From Diplonema japonicum (Eukaryota > Protista > Euglenozoa: Diplonemea), in NCBI GenBank assembly GCA_964019335.1, contig OZ025667.1:248001-312000 (forward strand): a stretch of DNA of 64,000 nucleotides. Direction: 5' to 3'. Each line of letters starts with the position of its first letter. The first letter of the stretch is position 1. The notes under the pieces were generated by a model. The model was not told the DNA's origin. It was given only the letters and a program-made list of their open reading frames with translations, and did not search any database. Positions 1 to 11,607 of this stretch are shown here, piece after piece. A program made the translations under genes and the position numbers.

Positions 1-1
1 C

Positions 2-736
2 TTCACCATCCCAAAGGAGGCAACTGCTCTGCTTAAGGGGATCAGGCTGGACATGCACTGTGACCCCAGCCTGCAGCCTGTCAACTTTCCCTGCAACTCT
101 GAGGGTGACTGGCTGTCGTACTTCAACATCTCGCAGAGCTGTCAGACCCCCACGTCGTGCACTGTTGCAGTGAGCCTCACGAGGGGGTGGACACCTGCAC
201 ACGGTGGTGGCAAGCCCATCAACGCTGTGATGAGCTACAAGGCGTACGTCCCTGTGATGACACTGATTGGGATGGACCACACAGCGCATGCGGAGACCCC
301 TCTGGTGAGGTCGGGCACGACAACCACAACACGCGTGGACGAGGAGACCACCTACGTGGACGTGCCTTCCGACAGCTCTGCGATCGTTGGGATCAGAGAA
401 GTGGCGTACCAGCTGTTCGAGACCGACGGGTACAAGAACCTTGGGAGGTACCTTGAGAGGTTTGCCTTCCAGATGGGCCCCTTCTCGAGGAAATGGCCGT
501 CCACCACACTGGAGATGAACTACAAGCTCGGAGTGACAGCTGCTGAGACCACCACGTACCCCTCAAAGTTCACGGCCACAATGGTTCCTGCTGTGGTGAC
601 CTGGCCGACCCCCAACGGCGTTTTCCCCACCCCCCAAAAGAAGGTTGAGGGCACTGTGTGCCAGACTGGTTTTGCATTCTCTTGCAGAGACCACTTCCTC
701 AAGGAGAGCAACAACGAAGTGGTCCCTCTGAAGTGA
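2..736 (+). CDS. 3' part of an uncharacterised Thr/Val/Pro-rich protein, 5'-truncated by the window edge
   Basis: Frame is open from base 2 to TGA 734-736, with GC-rich coding-like codon usage followed by a U-rich 3' region. No family recognised. Confidence 0.7.
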   Translation, partial: FTIPKEATALLKGIRLDMHCDPSLQPVNFPCNSEGDWLSYFNISQSCQTPTSCTVAVSLTRGWTPAHGGGKPINAVMSYKAYVPVMTLIGMDHTAHAETPLVRSGTTTTTRVDEETTYVDVPSDSSAIVGIREVAYQLFETDGYKNLGRYLERFAFQMGPFSRKWPSTTLEMNYKLGVTAAETTTYPSKFTATMVPAVVTWPTPNGVFPTPQKKVEGTVCQTGFAFSCRDHFLKESNNEVVPLK

Positions 737-1414
737 GCTATTCTTCTCTCTTGTTTAAACTGTATTATCCTGACTTACTTGCAAGGCAAACGACTCCCTT
801 GACTTTGATTACTCGACTCGAAGGGAAAAAAAAATTTTTTTTGCCATCCGATATTTGTTTTTTTTTTTTTTTTTTTTTTTTATTATTATTTGTACGTTTC
901 TTCTTGACACTCCTTGTTACCTCCGAATGGTTGGTTCTCTCCTTTTGTCAACGTGTGTTGGCTGCGTCTTTGTTTTCTTTGTGTGTTCTAGCGTGCGGCT
1001 TTTGGACTTCAGACGTTGTTGACCCCTCAATTCTAGCTTTTAGGTGTGTATATACTCCACCGCTAACGTTTTATCCCCCACTCCCTCCCCCTAGATGTGG
1101 GGCCAGATTGGTTTTTTTTTTTTTCTCTGTCATTTCCTCTCAAAGGTTGCTCTCTAAAAATTTTTTTTGGTATTCCCTTGGAGAAAGGGTGGGGGGGGGG
1201 CGGGGTGCGATGGTACATGTTTTGCCTTCAGAATCGAAACAATTCGACCCCCCCCCCCCCCCTCCCTCTCCCTCCATGTGTGAAGGATTGCTCTCTTATT
1301 TTTTTTTTATTTTTTTCACCGTTCTGGCTTCCCCATGTTTGTTTCCTTTCTTTTTTTTTTCTCAAGGTACTGTTGCTCTTCTTAAACCCTCAAGGAAAAA
1401 AAAAAAAAAATAAC

Positions 1415-2722
1415 ATGCAAGAAGATGAGCAAAGCTTTGAAAGCCTGAGCTATGACAGTTTTGCACCGGATGAGGAGCAAGAAGAACTTAGAGGCGAGAA
1501 ACGGAAACGAAGACCGGACGACGAGCCCAACTGGAAATGTGAGGACTGTGGTTTCACGAACAAGGGAAAGTACAAGAACGTGAAGTGCTTCAGGTGTGCG
1601 AAACCCAAACCAGAGGACGAGTTCGCCTTGAAACAAGCAGAAGACGCGGCAGTGGCACGTGTGATGAAGAAGCAAAAGGTGGACAGCGAAGAAGAAAAAC
1701 TGTTGAAAATCCCCTTAAAAGAGGCAGAAGAGTTCCTTGAGGAAACCATCACAACAACAACAGTGCTGACCAAGTACGTGGAACGGCTGAAAGAACGGGT
1801 ATATTACCCCATCCCTTTAAAAAAGAAAAAAAAAAAAAAAGAAATTGGAAAAAAAATAAAATAAATATAAACATAACAGAATCAAACACTCGATTACTTG
1901 ACGGAGCTAGAGGAGATTGCAGCCGCGCGTTTTAACGAGAACAACACAGACGAGCTTTTAAAAGTGGGTGTGGCGGTGTTGGAGACATGCGGGGAGTTGT
2001 GTTAATTCGCCCCTTTCCCCCCCCCCCCCCCCCCCCAGACAACTTGAGAAGATTTCAAAAAAAAAAAAAAAAGATACACATTTATACTTTAAGTAAACAT
2101 GGAGATGCTTGCAGAGATGGAAGGTTCCGAGGAGACCCTTAAGGGACTGAACGACGCAGAGCATCGTCCGGAAGACAGCATGCAGACAGACGAGTGGATG
2201 TACGAGCTGAAGCACAGGAAGAGCTGGGCAACGGGAAAATATGTCCCCGGAAGCGACAACGAGGGTTTGAAGCTGAACCAGGACAACATCGAGGAGGGTG
2301 GGAGGGCACCTCCGAACTGGCAGGAGAAGCTCTCCCAGCAGCAGGTCAAACTGGTCAAAGAAAGCTGGGCCGCAGTTAAAGACAAAAGCGCCTTTGCCCT
2401 CACAGTTCATGAAACTGTTATAAAGACCCACCCTGAAGCGGCTGACGCAGTCAAGGATGAACAAGCGGGAAATGTTGTCACCACAGTTGACTCTGCAGTC
2501 GCAGAAATCGCTTCACCGGAGAACCTTACCCCTGCGCTGGTGCTCTTGTCGCAGTGCTACAAAAGCTACAAACTCACGGAGCCGGAGACGTGTCCACTTT
2601 TTGGAGATGCGGTAATCTCTTCGCTTGCGGTGGCCCTCGGCTCTGGATTCACTACGGAAATAAGAGAAGCCTGGGGTTCAGCTTACTGCCTGCTTAACAC
2701 TATGGTGCAAGACGAAAGATGA
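1415..2722 (+). CDS. RanBP2-type zinc finger + C-terminal globin-fold protein; exons 1415-1798, 1880-2000, 2094-2722 (377 aa)
   Basis: WKCEDCGFTN..CFRC zinc finger. GT-AG introns 1799-1879 and 2001-2093 keep the frame. Globin motifs LSQQQVKLVKESW, HPE and LGSGFTTEIREAWGSAY. Confidence 0.75.
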
Positions 2723-3831
2723 TTTTTTTTACCCCAACTTTTTTTTTTTTTTTTTTTATTTAATTTATCGCAGTGGGTCAGTGCTGGCACCTCTCCCTCC
2801 ATGGTGATTTTTTTTTTTTAAAAGATTTTTTGCGCACAAAAAAAAGAAGAAGAAAAATGAAATACTAAAAAACGACATTTTTTTTTTTGATTCAATGGTG
2901 TTTTTTTTGGGGGGGGTCCAATTTCTTTTTTTGTGTGGTTATTTTTTTTTATAATAAAATAATAATAATATTTAGTGTTTCCCCCACACTGTTTTTTTTT
3001 TATCCCTCTCCTTTTTTTTGATGTAAATTATTTATCTAAAAAATACCTCTTTTGTTTTTTTCTTACTTTTTTTTTTTCCCCTCCTGTTGAATGAGGGAGA
3101 GAATTAAAAAAGAAAATTGGAAAAAACGAAATGAGAGGCAGAGAAAAAAAAGGGGGGGGGAAAAAGAAAAAGCCATAGTCTCTAGTATATGTTTGCTGCA
3201 AAATACTTTTTTTTTTATATTAATTAGAGAATTAAGGCTTTTGTACATAAAAGAAGAATGAGAATTTCTCTTTCTTCCCCCCCTCCTTTTTTTTTACGAC
3301 ATCCACCCCTCCCCATTTTTTATATCCCTCACAATATCCACAAATCTCTTTCTTTCCCCACCCTCCTTTTTTTTTTCAAGAACTAGGTCACATCTTGCAA
3401 CGTGTCCTTTAGGGTACTCCACACGAGCAAAAGACTGCCGGTTCCTTTTTTTCTTTTTCAAATACACCCTTCTCTCTCTCATTTCTTTTTTTTTTTTCTT
3501 CTGAAATGAAAAAAAAGAATAACCCCCTAAAGCTCTTCTCAAAAAAAAAAAAGAAAGAAAACCAACAACAAATAGCAAAAGAGAAAAGAAAAAAAAAGAA
3601 AAGAAAAAAAACACCTCCCATAAAGATATTAAAAAAAAAAAAGAAAACACACACCCGCATAATTTAATTTTTTTTTTCCTTTTACCCCCCACCCCCTGCC
3701 CACCTCACCGGCCCACAAACCCCCCCCCCCCACAAGAAAAGCTTTTATATTCCTCTTTTTTTTCTTTGTTTTTTATGTCGTGTCGAAAGAAGAAGAAAAA
3801 AATACAAAAAAAAAAAAAGAAAATATAAAAC

Positions 3832-5109
3832 ATGGGAGCAAAGAACAACGAGGACATTGAAACAGCAACGGGACGGGAACTGCTGCATTTTTTGACGAAA
3901 GAAAGCAGAAGATTCGGGTTGAACTCCCCTCCAAAATGCTTAGTAAACAGCATCATCGCACCTGAGCTCACCAACAAGATACACAGCAAGCTCACAAACC
4001 TCGACCTATCACGCACATACCTCGGAGTAAAGGGCCTGGCCTGCGCATCGTCCATGCTACTGCACCTCCCTCTCCTATCCACACTGTCACTGCAGGACTG
4101 TCAAATGTATGCGAACAGCACAGTAGACACAATCACGGGAAATCTTTGCATGGAAACACTGTGCAAGGAGCTAGGAAGACACCCTTCCCTTAAAAAAACC
4201 GATCTCAGAGGAAACGGGATCGGAACGTTCGGAGCAGGCCATCTTCTCACAGCTCTGTCGGTGAACAGCAGGATAACAGACGTGGACTTCAGCGGGAACA
4301 ACATCACTTCATCGATGGGGACACGGCTGATCACACAGTTAAAACAAAATATCGATGGAGGCAACCAACACCCCGTGCCTGTGTATGACTGTAAGCCGCT
4401 TGAAGTTCTCAGACGGGAATGCTCGTTAAATGTCACCACCATACAGAAAGCAAGAATCAAGATAAACTGCTGCCAACAGTTGTACACCGCAATATCTTCT
4501 TCCGCAGTACACGAAACAATAATCTCCACAGCAGCCGACTTGAAACCACAAATGAATTACATCATAAAGCGTGGCAAGCTTACCTACGCCTCACGGGAAC
4601 AATCCAGAACATCTGCCAACACAATTGTCGAGACCCACGTTGGCGGTGAAGGTGATGTTATGTTCCATAACGATAGTACAGAGGTGTTCGCGGTCACCGG
4701 AAAATGCGGGATTTTGGCTTATGGGGTGGATATGATTCTTGTGGACGTTTTGCGTCCCATTGTAGAGGTGCTTCTCAAGGTACCTTTGCTGCAGTGTGTT
4801 CCCGTTGCTATTCTTCTTCAAGCAGCCCTGCATGGTACGATGACGTCATACGCTGTGGATGCCACTGTGCATGTTAACGATTCCGTACTTGTCGTCGCCT
4901 CTGGTACCCTTCACCACCGCAGCCCTTACTTGGCTTTCACGGCATTTGATGTTGTGGGCCTTCGAATTCTTGAGAACCCTGATTCTCCAGGGATCTTTCT
5001 CACAGCAAGCACCGCCGTTGTTACAATCTCCTTGCCGATGAATATTTTTGCGGATGTGCTGCACCGATACCAGGTTTTAACGGTTTTCAAACAGACGGCC
5101 GTCCTTTAA
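3832..5109 (+). CDS. RNI-like LRR protein with degenerate cNMP-binding-like C-terminal region
   Basis: LRRs LTNLDLSRTYLG, LKKTDLRGNGIG and ITDVDFSGNNIT. YIIKRGKL and LVVASGTL resemble cNMP-domain strands. Intronless 425-aa ORF. Confidence 0.75.
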   Translation: MGAKNNEDIETATGRELLHFLTKESRRFGLNSPPKCLVNSIIAPELTNKIHSKLTNLDLSRTYLGVKGLACASSMLLHLPLLSTLSLQDCQMYANSTVDTITGNLCMETLCKELGRHPSLKKTDLRGNGIGTFGAGHLLTALSVNSRITDVDFSGNNITSSMGTRLITQLKQNIDGGNQHPVPVYDCKPLEVLRRECSLNVTTIQKARIKINCCQQLYTAISSSAVHETIISTAADLKPQMNYIIKRGKLTYASREQSRTSANTIVETHVGGEGDVMFHNDSTEVFAVTGKCGILAYGVDMILVDVLRPIVEVLLKVPLLQCVPVAILLQAALHGTMTSYAVDATVHVNDSVLVVASGTLHHRSPYLAFTAFDVVGLRILENPDSPGIFLTASTAVVTISLPMNIFADVLHRYQVLTVFKQTAVL

Positions 5110-5253
5110 AGGAAGAAAAATGTTTTTTTTTTTTTAACTCTTTAATTTTATGTTGTTATAGATGGCAAGGAAAGAAGGATTGTTGTTGTTTGTTTTTTTT
5201 TAGATTCGCTGCAGGTTTTTCGTGTTCCCCTCCCCAAGTAGGTGGTTAGACAT

Positions 5254-7645
5254 ATGGCTAACGAGGAGCACCCTTCCCGAGATGACAAAGCAGAAGAGGA
5301 AGGGTATTCCCCACACCCCCCCCAAAAAAAAAGAAAACGAAGAAATTTGAGTAACAATCTACAGAACTGAGCAAGCAAAGAAAAAGGTAGTTAAAAAAAA
5401 GAAAAAAAAGAAGGAAACTGAGGACATTGAGTCGCCTGTGAGTATGTAGGCATCGGGAAGACAACACACTTCAGACGGAGCGCAGGAAGATGGCCCTGAA
5501 GTCGAAAACAGCGGAGAAGCGCCCAAAGAACGGCCGGAGACGGCAGACAGCAAGGAGAAGAGAAAGAAGAAGAAGAGGAAGTCCACAACGACTACGGAGC
5601 CAACTGTGCAGAACGAAGAGACAAGAGAGGATGACAAAGAAGGCAGTCAACCACCTCAAGGTACAGAACAGGAAGAAGAGAGTAGCAAGGCTGAAGGCAC
5701 ACAGTCGCCTGTTGAGAGCCCTAAAGAGCAAAACTCCAACCCAACGGAGACCACACCCCCGCCTGCTTCAGAGAGCAAAGAGGCTGCAAATGCTGAACCT
5801 GAGAGCGACTCCCAGGTGCAGCCTCAAACCGAGCAGCCCCCACTGGCTGAAGAACCGCGACCTGCCGAACTGCCTCCAGCAGAAGAAGCATCTGTCGAAC
5901 AGCCCAGTACGCCCCCAGCCAGTACACCCCCAGCCGAAATTCCGGAGGGACCTGTTCCATCTACAGAGCCGCCTGCCACGCAGCCTTCACCTACAACAGA
6001 AGAAGCCGAACCCCTTGCAACAAGTGTGAGTCCTACAGAACCCCAAAATGAGCTGGGCGAGCCAGCAAAACAGGAGGAGGGTCCCAAGGAAGGAGAAGAC
6101 GAAGCTAAGATTGCTTCCCCAGCACGGTCGAGAAAGAAGAGTCTGGAGAAGACTCCGAAAGAAGGGGACGACCCCAGCAGCCCGGGGGGAGTAGCCAGTC
6201 CTGGAAAACGGAGAAGGTCTAAGAAGAAGAGTCTGGCTAAGGAGTCTCTGGAAACTGAGAAAGGCGAAGCACAAAATACCGAAGTCACAGAAAGCAACGC
6301 AGAAGAAAAAGAAGACCCCTGTGGCCCTGGAACAAGTAAGGTTGAAGAAGGCGTGAATGAGGTATCCAGCCCTGTGGCAGAGAGTTCTGTTGAGATCGGG
6401 GGAGAGAAACCTAGCAGTCCCGTGGCAAGCCCGAGCAGTGAGGCAGCCAGTCCTGGGAAGCGGAAGAGATCGAGAAAAAAGAGCTTGCAAAGTGAAGAGC
6501 AAGAAAAAGCAATGCTTCAACTAGTTGAGGAAATCGCCGCACTGAAGGCACAAGTATCGAAGGGGGATGATGACCTGAGCGTCTCGCAGGCCGAAGTGGA
6601 AGCGACACTGAAGCATCTGCGGGACGCAGAACATGATGCACAGAACACAAAGGAAGAGCTTTCTAAGTGCAACGATGAACTTGCATGCTGCGCGAACAAC
6701 CTCGAGACACGCACAAGCGAACTAAACACCAGCAACTCAGCTCTTGAGGCTTGTAAGAATGAACTTGAACTCTGCCAAAGCGATCTCTCGAGAACAAAAC
6801 AAGACCTGAGCGACAGTAACAAGGCACTGATCGCCGCTAACAGTACAATTCTAAAGGTTGAAATAGAGCACAATGGTGCCTGCGGCACTATTAGAGAATT
6901 GCAGCAGCAGCTTAAAGCGGCACAGCAAGAGCTTGTTGACTACCGAGCTGAAGTGGCGGTAAACGACAAGGCAAGGAGAGCAAAGGCGATCTCCGACAAA
7001 GAATACTTGAAGAGCAGCTTGCAGAAGAGCGTGGTGGAGAAGAGGAGGGTTACACCAGAGGTTCTTGAAGCGCTGTTGTGCGATTTGGGGTTTCAGGACA
7101 AGGTGGATTTGAGTACGAGCGCCGAAGAGCTCAAAAGCGTAAGGGAAGTGGAAGAAAAACTGTTGGTGGGAACAGTAGGAAGGAACCAAGATTTGTTTGA
7201 TGTGGACGAGCTAGCAGATGAACTTGTGAAAAACCAGAATTTCAACGACTTATGGAAGCAAGCAGGTGTGTGCCGTAGGAGGGGTGACAGAATGAGCGAG
7301 AGCAAGCTGCTTTCTCACTATTTGAAGCATGCCATCGTCACTGGCGATAAACGAATGGAGTCCAGGGCGTACCAGCAGCTGGCGAAGTTATTCAAGGAGC
7401 TCAAAGACTACGAGCAAGCAGAGCAGTGGTACGATAGGTTCTACCGCGTGTCAGAAAAGCTAAAGGACGACGACGGCAGGATACGGTCCGCGATGGGGCT
7501 GAGCGACATCCAGACGTCGAAGGGCTCCTTCTTGAAGGCGAAGTACTACCTCAACAAGGCGTCCAGCATCGCTTCGTCAAGGAGCTCTACGCTGTACCCG
7601 AGCTTGACACAAGGCAGCATAGTGGCGTGCCCCAATACTATGTAA
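5254..7645 (+). CDS. Low-complexity E/P-rich + coiled-coil + C-terminal TPR-like protein; exons 5254-5303, 5365-5441, 5475-7645
   Basis: Introns 5304-5364 and 5442-5474 join a contiguous frame of 765 aa. Heptad region, then TPR-like AYQQLAKLFKELKDYEQAEQWY. Confidence 0.75.
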
Positions 7646-7742
7646 TATATCACCCCTTTACAGCGGTGATCGTCTTATGCGTTACCGCCACCCCACCTGA
7701 AGCACGCACAGTTTCATCACAGATTTACACGTCGTTTACACA

Positions 7743-8817
7743 ATGTCGGATGATCCGTTTGAGGATGAGTTCGGTATCAGCATCGAGGAGATGGGGTTCG
7801 ACCCAAGGGAGATCCGCTCGCAGGAACAATACGACGAGCTGGACGAGACACAGAAGAACTTCTTCTCAAACATAAGATACGAAAGCAGTCTGGCTCCTGA
7901 GGAGCGGCAGAAGATCGCCGAGAAACGTAAAAAGAAAAAAGCAGAAGAGGCGAAAAGGAAGGCGGCGATGAAGGCAACCGACGACAGGAGGGAGGCGGAG
8001 GAAAAGGCCATGCTGGACGGGGATAAAAAAAACGTCTTCGTGCCTCTGTGGGACGGGTTCGACCAGGTGTCCTTTTCCACCCTCGTCGATGTTCTGCGGG
8101 CAGGGAACTTCAACATCTGCACGGGGGTTGTCCGGAAGTTCTCGTCGATGCCACCAGTTGCAGACGACCTAAAGGTTGTATCCAAGTCGGGCGTGTCATT
8201 GGTAGGCGATTTTCTTTTTGATCTGAAAGGGAACTCCAACTTTGTCCGCTTCGACGCCATCATAGTCCCCGCGGGACGAAATGTGGACAGTCTGCTAGCA
8301 GGGAATAAGAAGTTTATGTCTCTTATCAAAAAGTTCGCCTTCAAGAAAAAGTATGCCCACCACTATATCCACTGTTTTCACATAAAACTTCAGAATGGTT
8401 TGCGGTGCTGAAGACGCACCTGCTTTCCTTTTCCTGTACCAAGGGATACTCAAGGGGCAGACGTGTACCGGAAGCGACACTGCCGAGAACGAGATCAAAA
8501 ACAGCGTTCCAGCGGACGTCGGCAAGAACGTGACATTTGTTAAGGACACCGTAGTCGTGTGCAAGAACATCATCACCAGCAGGAGCTCCGCCGATGCAGT
8601 AGAATATGCCCTCACGATCCTTTCGAACATCCTCGGGTCAGCCGCCATGATCGATGTGGCGCAAAGACTTAATTACGAGGCATGCTGTGATAGGGTGAAG
8701 GAAAACACCACCGAGCCGCCAGAAGCCGAGAAAAAGAAACCCGCTGTTGAGGGGAACGAACCAACAAAGGAACCTGTGGGTAAGAAACAAGATGAGAAAT
8801 TAGATATCGAAACTTAA
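7743..8817 (+). CDS. DJ-1/PfpI-fold protein, probably catalytically inactive; intron 8351-8393
   Basis: VFVPLWDGFD..LVDVLRAG, FDAIIVPAG and NIITSRS motifs. The 43-nt GTATGC..CAG intron joins ORFs 7743 and 8395. Confidence 0.75.
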
Positions 8818-8926
8818 GAAGGGGGGGGGGGGGGGGGGGGAGTTAGTGATTCTTTTGGTTGCTCTTTTTTATTATTATTATTCCTTTTATTTTTTTTTTT
8901 TCAGGGAAAAGAAAACATGTAACATA

Positions 8927-10149
8927 ATGGCGGTGGATACAACACTAGTCATAGCAATTGTAGGGGCGACGCTGCTGACCTTGGGGGTGCTGGGTGCCGT
9001 GGCACTGTGGTTGTGGAATCTGTCCAATACCAATAACGAGACCACAGTATGGAAGAAAAAAAAAGGGGGGGGGGGGGGGGGGGGGGGGGCTGAGTGAAAA
9101 AATAAAAAAAAACAAAAAAATAGAACCATCAAGACTTAGAGCGAGAATTAATAGAAGAAGACAATGCACGGCCGGAGAAGAAGGAGAGGTTGAAACTGGA
9201 GAAGCAATTAGAAGCGTTGTTGGCCGAGACTCAGCAGAGACATTTAGAAAACAAGGAAGACCAAAAGGCGCTGGCTGAGAGGTACGAGGCACGGTATTAC
9301 GAACACGTGACCTTGAATGGGCAAGACCCGGACACATTGGACATGCCCTTGGAACAAAGGTTGATGAGGAAAGAAATAAAAGAACTGCAAGAGCTGTTAG
9401 AAGAGAAGGAACAGGAAAGGAAAGAAGCGCGGAAAATCCGAGACAAGGAAGACAAGGAAGAGCGTGCTAGGCTAGCGAAGAGCAGCGTGCAAGGCATCAA
9501 GCTGGATGGCTACTTCGATGACGATGGGCTGGAGGATGAGCAACAGAACTTCCCATCGCACAACAACGAGTATCACTTCTTAAATGACAATGATGCCATG
9601 AAGTTCAACGCGCCGGCAAGATCGCTGAGGCACAAGGAAGACATGTTGATGCTGCACAAAGAACATGATATTTTGTTACACAAAGAAAAGTTCCGCAAGC
9701 TGGACATCGACCACTCCGGCTTCATTGACAAGGACGAAATGCGCAGACGAATGGAAGCCGCCGTCGGCGAGCCTGTAACCGACGCCGAGGTGGACCGCGT
9801 CTTTAGGTCCATCGATGCAGATGGCAATGGCCTCATCGACATACAGGAGTTCCTTTCTTACCTCGCCTCCAATGTAAACGTTGACCACGGTACCTGGTGG
9901 GGCGACGCCAACGAGGAGCACTCCGAGGTCATGTCCTCCGCCTCCGTTGTTGAGGCCAGCCAGCGCCCTCGCACCCGCTTCGCTGGCCATGGAGATACCG
10001 ACACCAAAAAGCAAGCCAAGTCAACAAAACCCCCCAAACCTCTCTATTCGGTGCAATCCAAGTACCACCCCACACAGACACTCAACTCCGAAGTTGTGCG
10101 CGACTACGTCCTTAATAAAGATGGCCACGACAAGCGGTACCTCGTCTAA
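8927..10149 (+). CDS. N-terminal TM anchor + coiled coil + EF-hand pair protein; intron 9047-9123
   Basis: Hydrophobic LVIAIVGATLLTLGVLGAVALWLW. Canonical EF loops DIDHSGFIDKDE and DADGNGLIDIQE. Confidence 0.8.
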
Positions 10150-10311
10150 TGGGGGCAGGGAGAAGGGGGGGGGGGGGGGGGTGGGGGGGGGGCGGTAGTA
10201 GTAGTTTTTTATTTGTATAGAACGGTGAGGAAAAAAAAAGAATTTAAATGTGATATGCTGCTTTTTTTTGCTTTGACCTCGGCACCGTCGCACGCCACCA
10301 CAGATGACACA

Positions 10312-11550
10312 ATGAAGCTCAGGGCGGTATGCGCGAGCAAGGATGCAGCTTTGCCGCTTCTGGCAGTAGCGGCGGTCGTAGCAGCTTCTGCAAAGAAGAT
10401 GAAGTGGTCCAGCGTACCAAGGGCGCGGTGCACTCCTCTGAACAAGACCTTCGGGGCGTGGGCAGGGGTATCCTTCAAGGGTGAGCAGGAGATTCTGGAC
10501 GGCATCATACAAGGCGACACGACCAATACGAGTGCTCCCCGCTCTGTGTTCCAACCTGGTTACGACTTTTGGGACTTTGAGCGTGTAATGAGGAAACGTG
10601 AGGCTGAGAACCTAAAGGCGGCGCGGTCACTTCCAACCCTGAATGCGGGAGTGGGGACGTCGGGTTTAGGGGCCGTGTGGAACAAAGCGGAAGACGACAT
10701 GAAAAAGCTCTGCATTGATAGCTGGGACACCTTGAAGCTGCAAACTCTTGCCCAGATGGAGTCCGTGAGGAAGCGCGAGGCAATGAGGATGAGCCCCAAG
10801 GAGCGCTATGCCGCCGACCGTTTGTATCAGCAAGAGCTCCAAGAGAAGACAGCCAACGCCATCGATAAGAAGACAGCAACAGTAGCAAAACAGCAGAAGG
10901 AATGGAAAACAGAGTTGCAGTCAATGAGAGACGAGGCATCGAAAGAAGGATTGCTGAAGCTGGAGAGGGTGAAACAAGTAAGAGAAGAGAGGAAGAGGTT
11001 CCGCGAAGGGAAGAGGAAAAACATGCAAGAATTGAGAAGAGCCCAAATAGATGCAAGGAGACTTGAAGGGGTGTGCACGAGGTATGGGAGCTCCATGTAT
11101 GTAAACGAGGAGACTACAATGAGGGACGAGCATCTGAGGGAGGAAAAAGAGTTCAGGATGCTGCAGAAGCAGCTATCCGTGGAGAGGGCGAACAGGCAGG
11201 CGATGCAGAAGCAAAATGGAGCCAGGTGTTTACGAGAATCGGTGAAACAGCGAGAGAGAGATAAAAAGAGCGAAACATTGCTGTTCCAGAAAGAGAAGAA
11301 TGCAACAATTAACAACGAGAACCAAGACAAGCGGCAGAAAAGGATGGTGATGGAGGAGCACATTCTGACCGCTAGGCAGAACGAAGCTAACAACATGAAG
11401 AAATATCGCGACCTCACCGTAGCCTGCTGGAAGGAAGCCAAGGAGCAGTGGAGGATCACTCAGCACACACGGATATCTGAATGCAGAAAGGACAAAGTAC
11501 ATAGTCGGTTAACATCGCCTATGCGCTTGTCCCCTACGACACACTCTTAA
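10312..11550 (+). CDS. Basic coiled-coil protein of unknown function (start uncertain: 10312 or 10399)
   Basis: Long ORF rich in K/R/E/Q heptads with coding-like composition. Confidence 0.65.
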   Translation: MKLRAVCASKDAALPLLAVAAVVAASAKKMKWSSVPRARCTPLNKTFGAWAGVSFKGEQEILDGIIQGDTTNTSAPRSVFQPGYDFWDFERVMRKREAENLKAARSLPTLNAGVGTSGLGAVWNKAEDDMKKLCIDSWDTLKLQTLAQMESVRKREAMRMSPKERYAADRLYQQELQEKTANAIDKKTATVAKQQKEWKTELQSMRDEASKEGLLKLERVKQVREERKRFREGKRKNMQELRRAQIDARRLEGVCTRYGSSMYVNEETTMRDEHLREEKEFRMLQKQLSVERANRQAMQKQNGARCLRESVKQRERDKKSETLLFQKEKNATINNENQDKRQKRMVMEEHILTARQNEANNMKKYRDLTVACWKEAKEQWRITQHTRISECRKDKVHSRLTSPMRLSPTTHS

Positions 11551-11607
11551 GTCATGTTTTTCTTTCATTATACACAAACCTCACATAGGAGTGGCCTTCA
11601 TCAGAAG

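Noticed and set aside
658-3692. Long F/K/G/P-rich ORFs in spacers (also at 30235-32321, 54386-56898 and 60037-61464)
   Set aside because: They are translations of homopolymer runs, which lack stop codons by composition.
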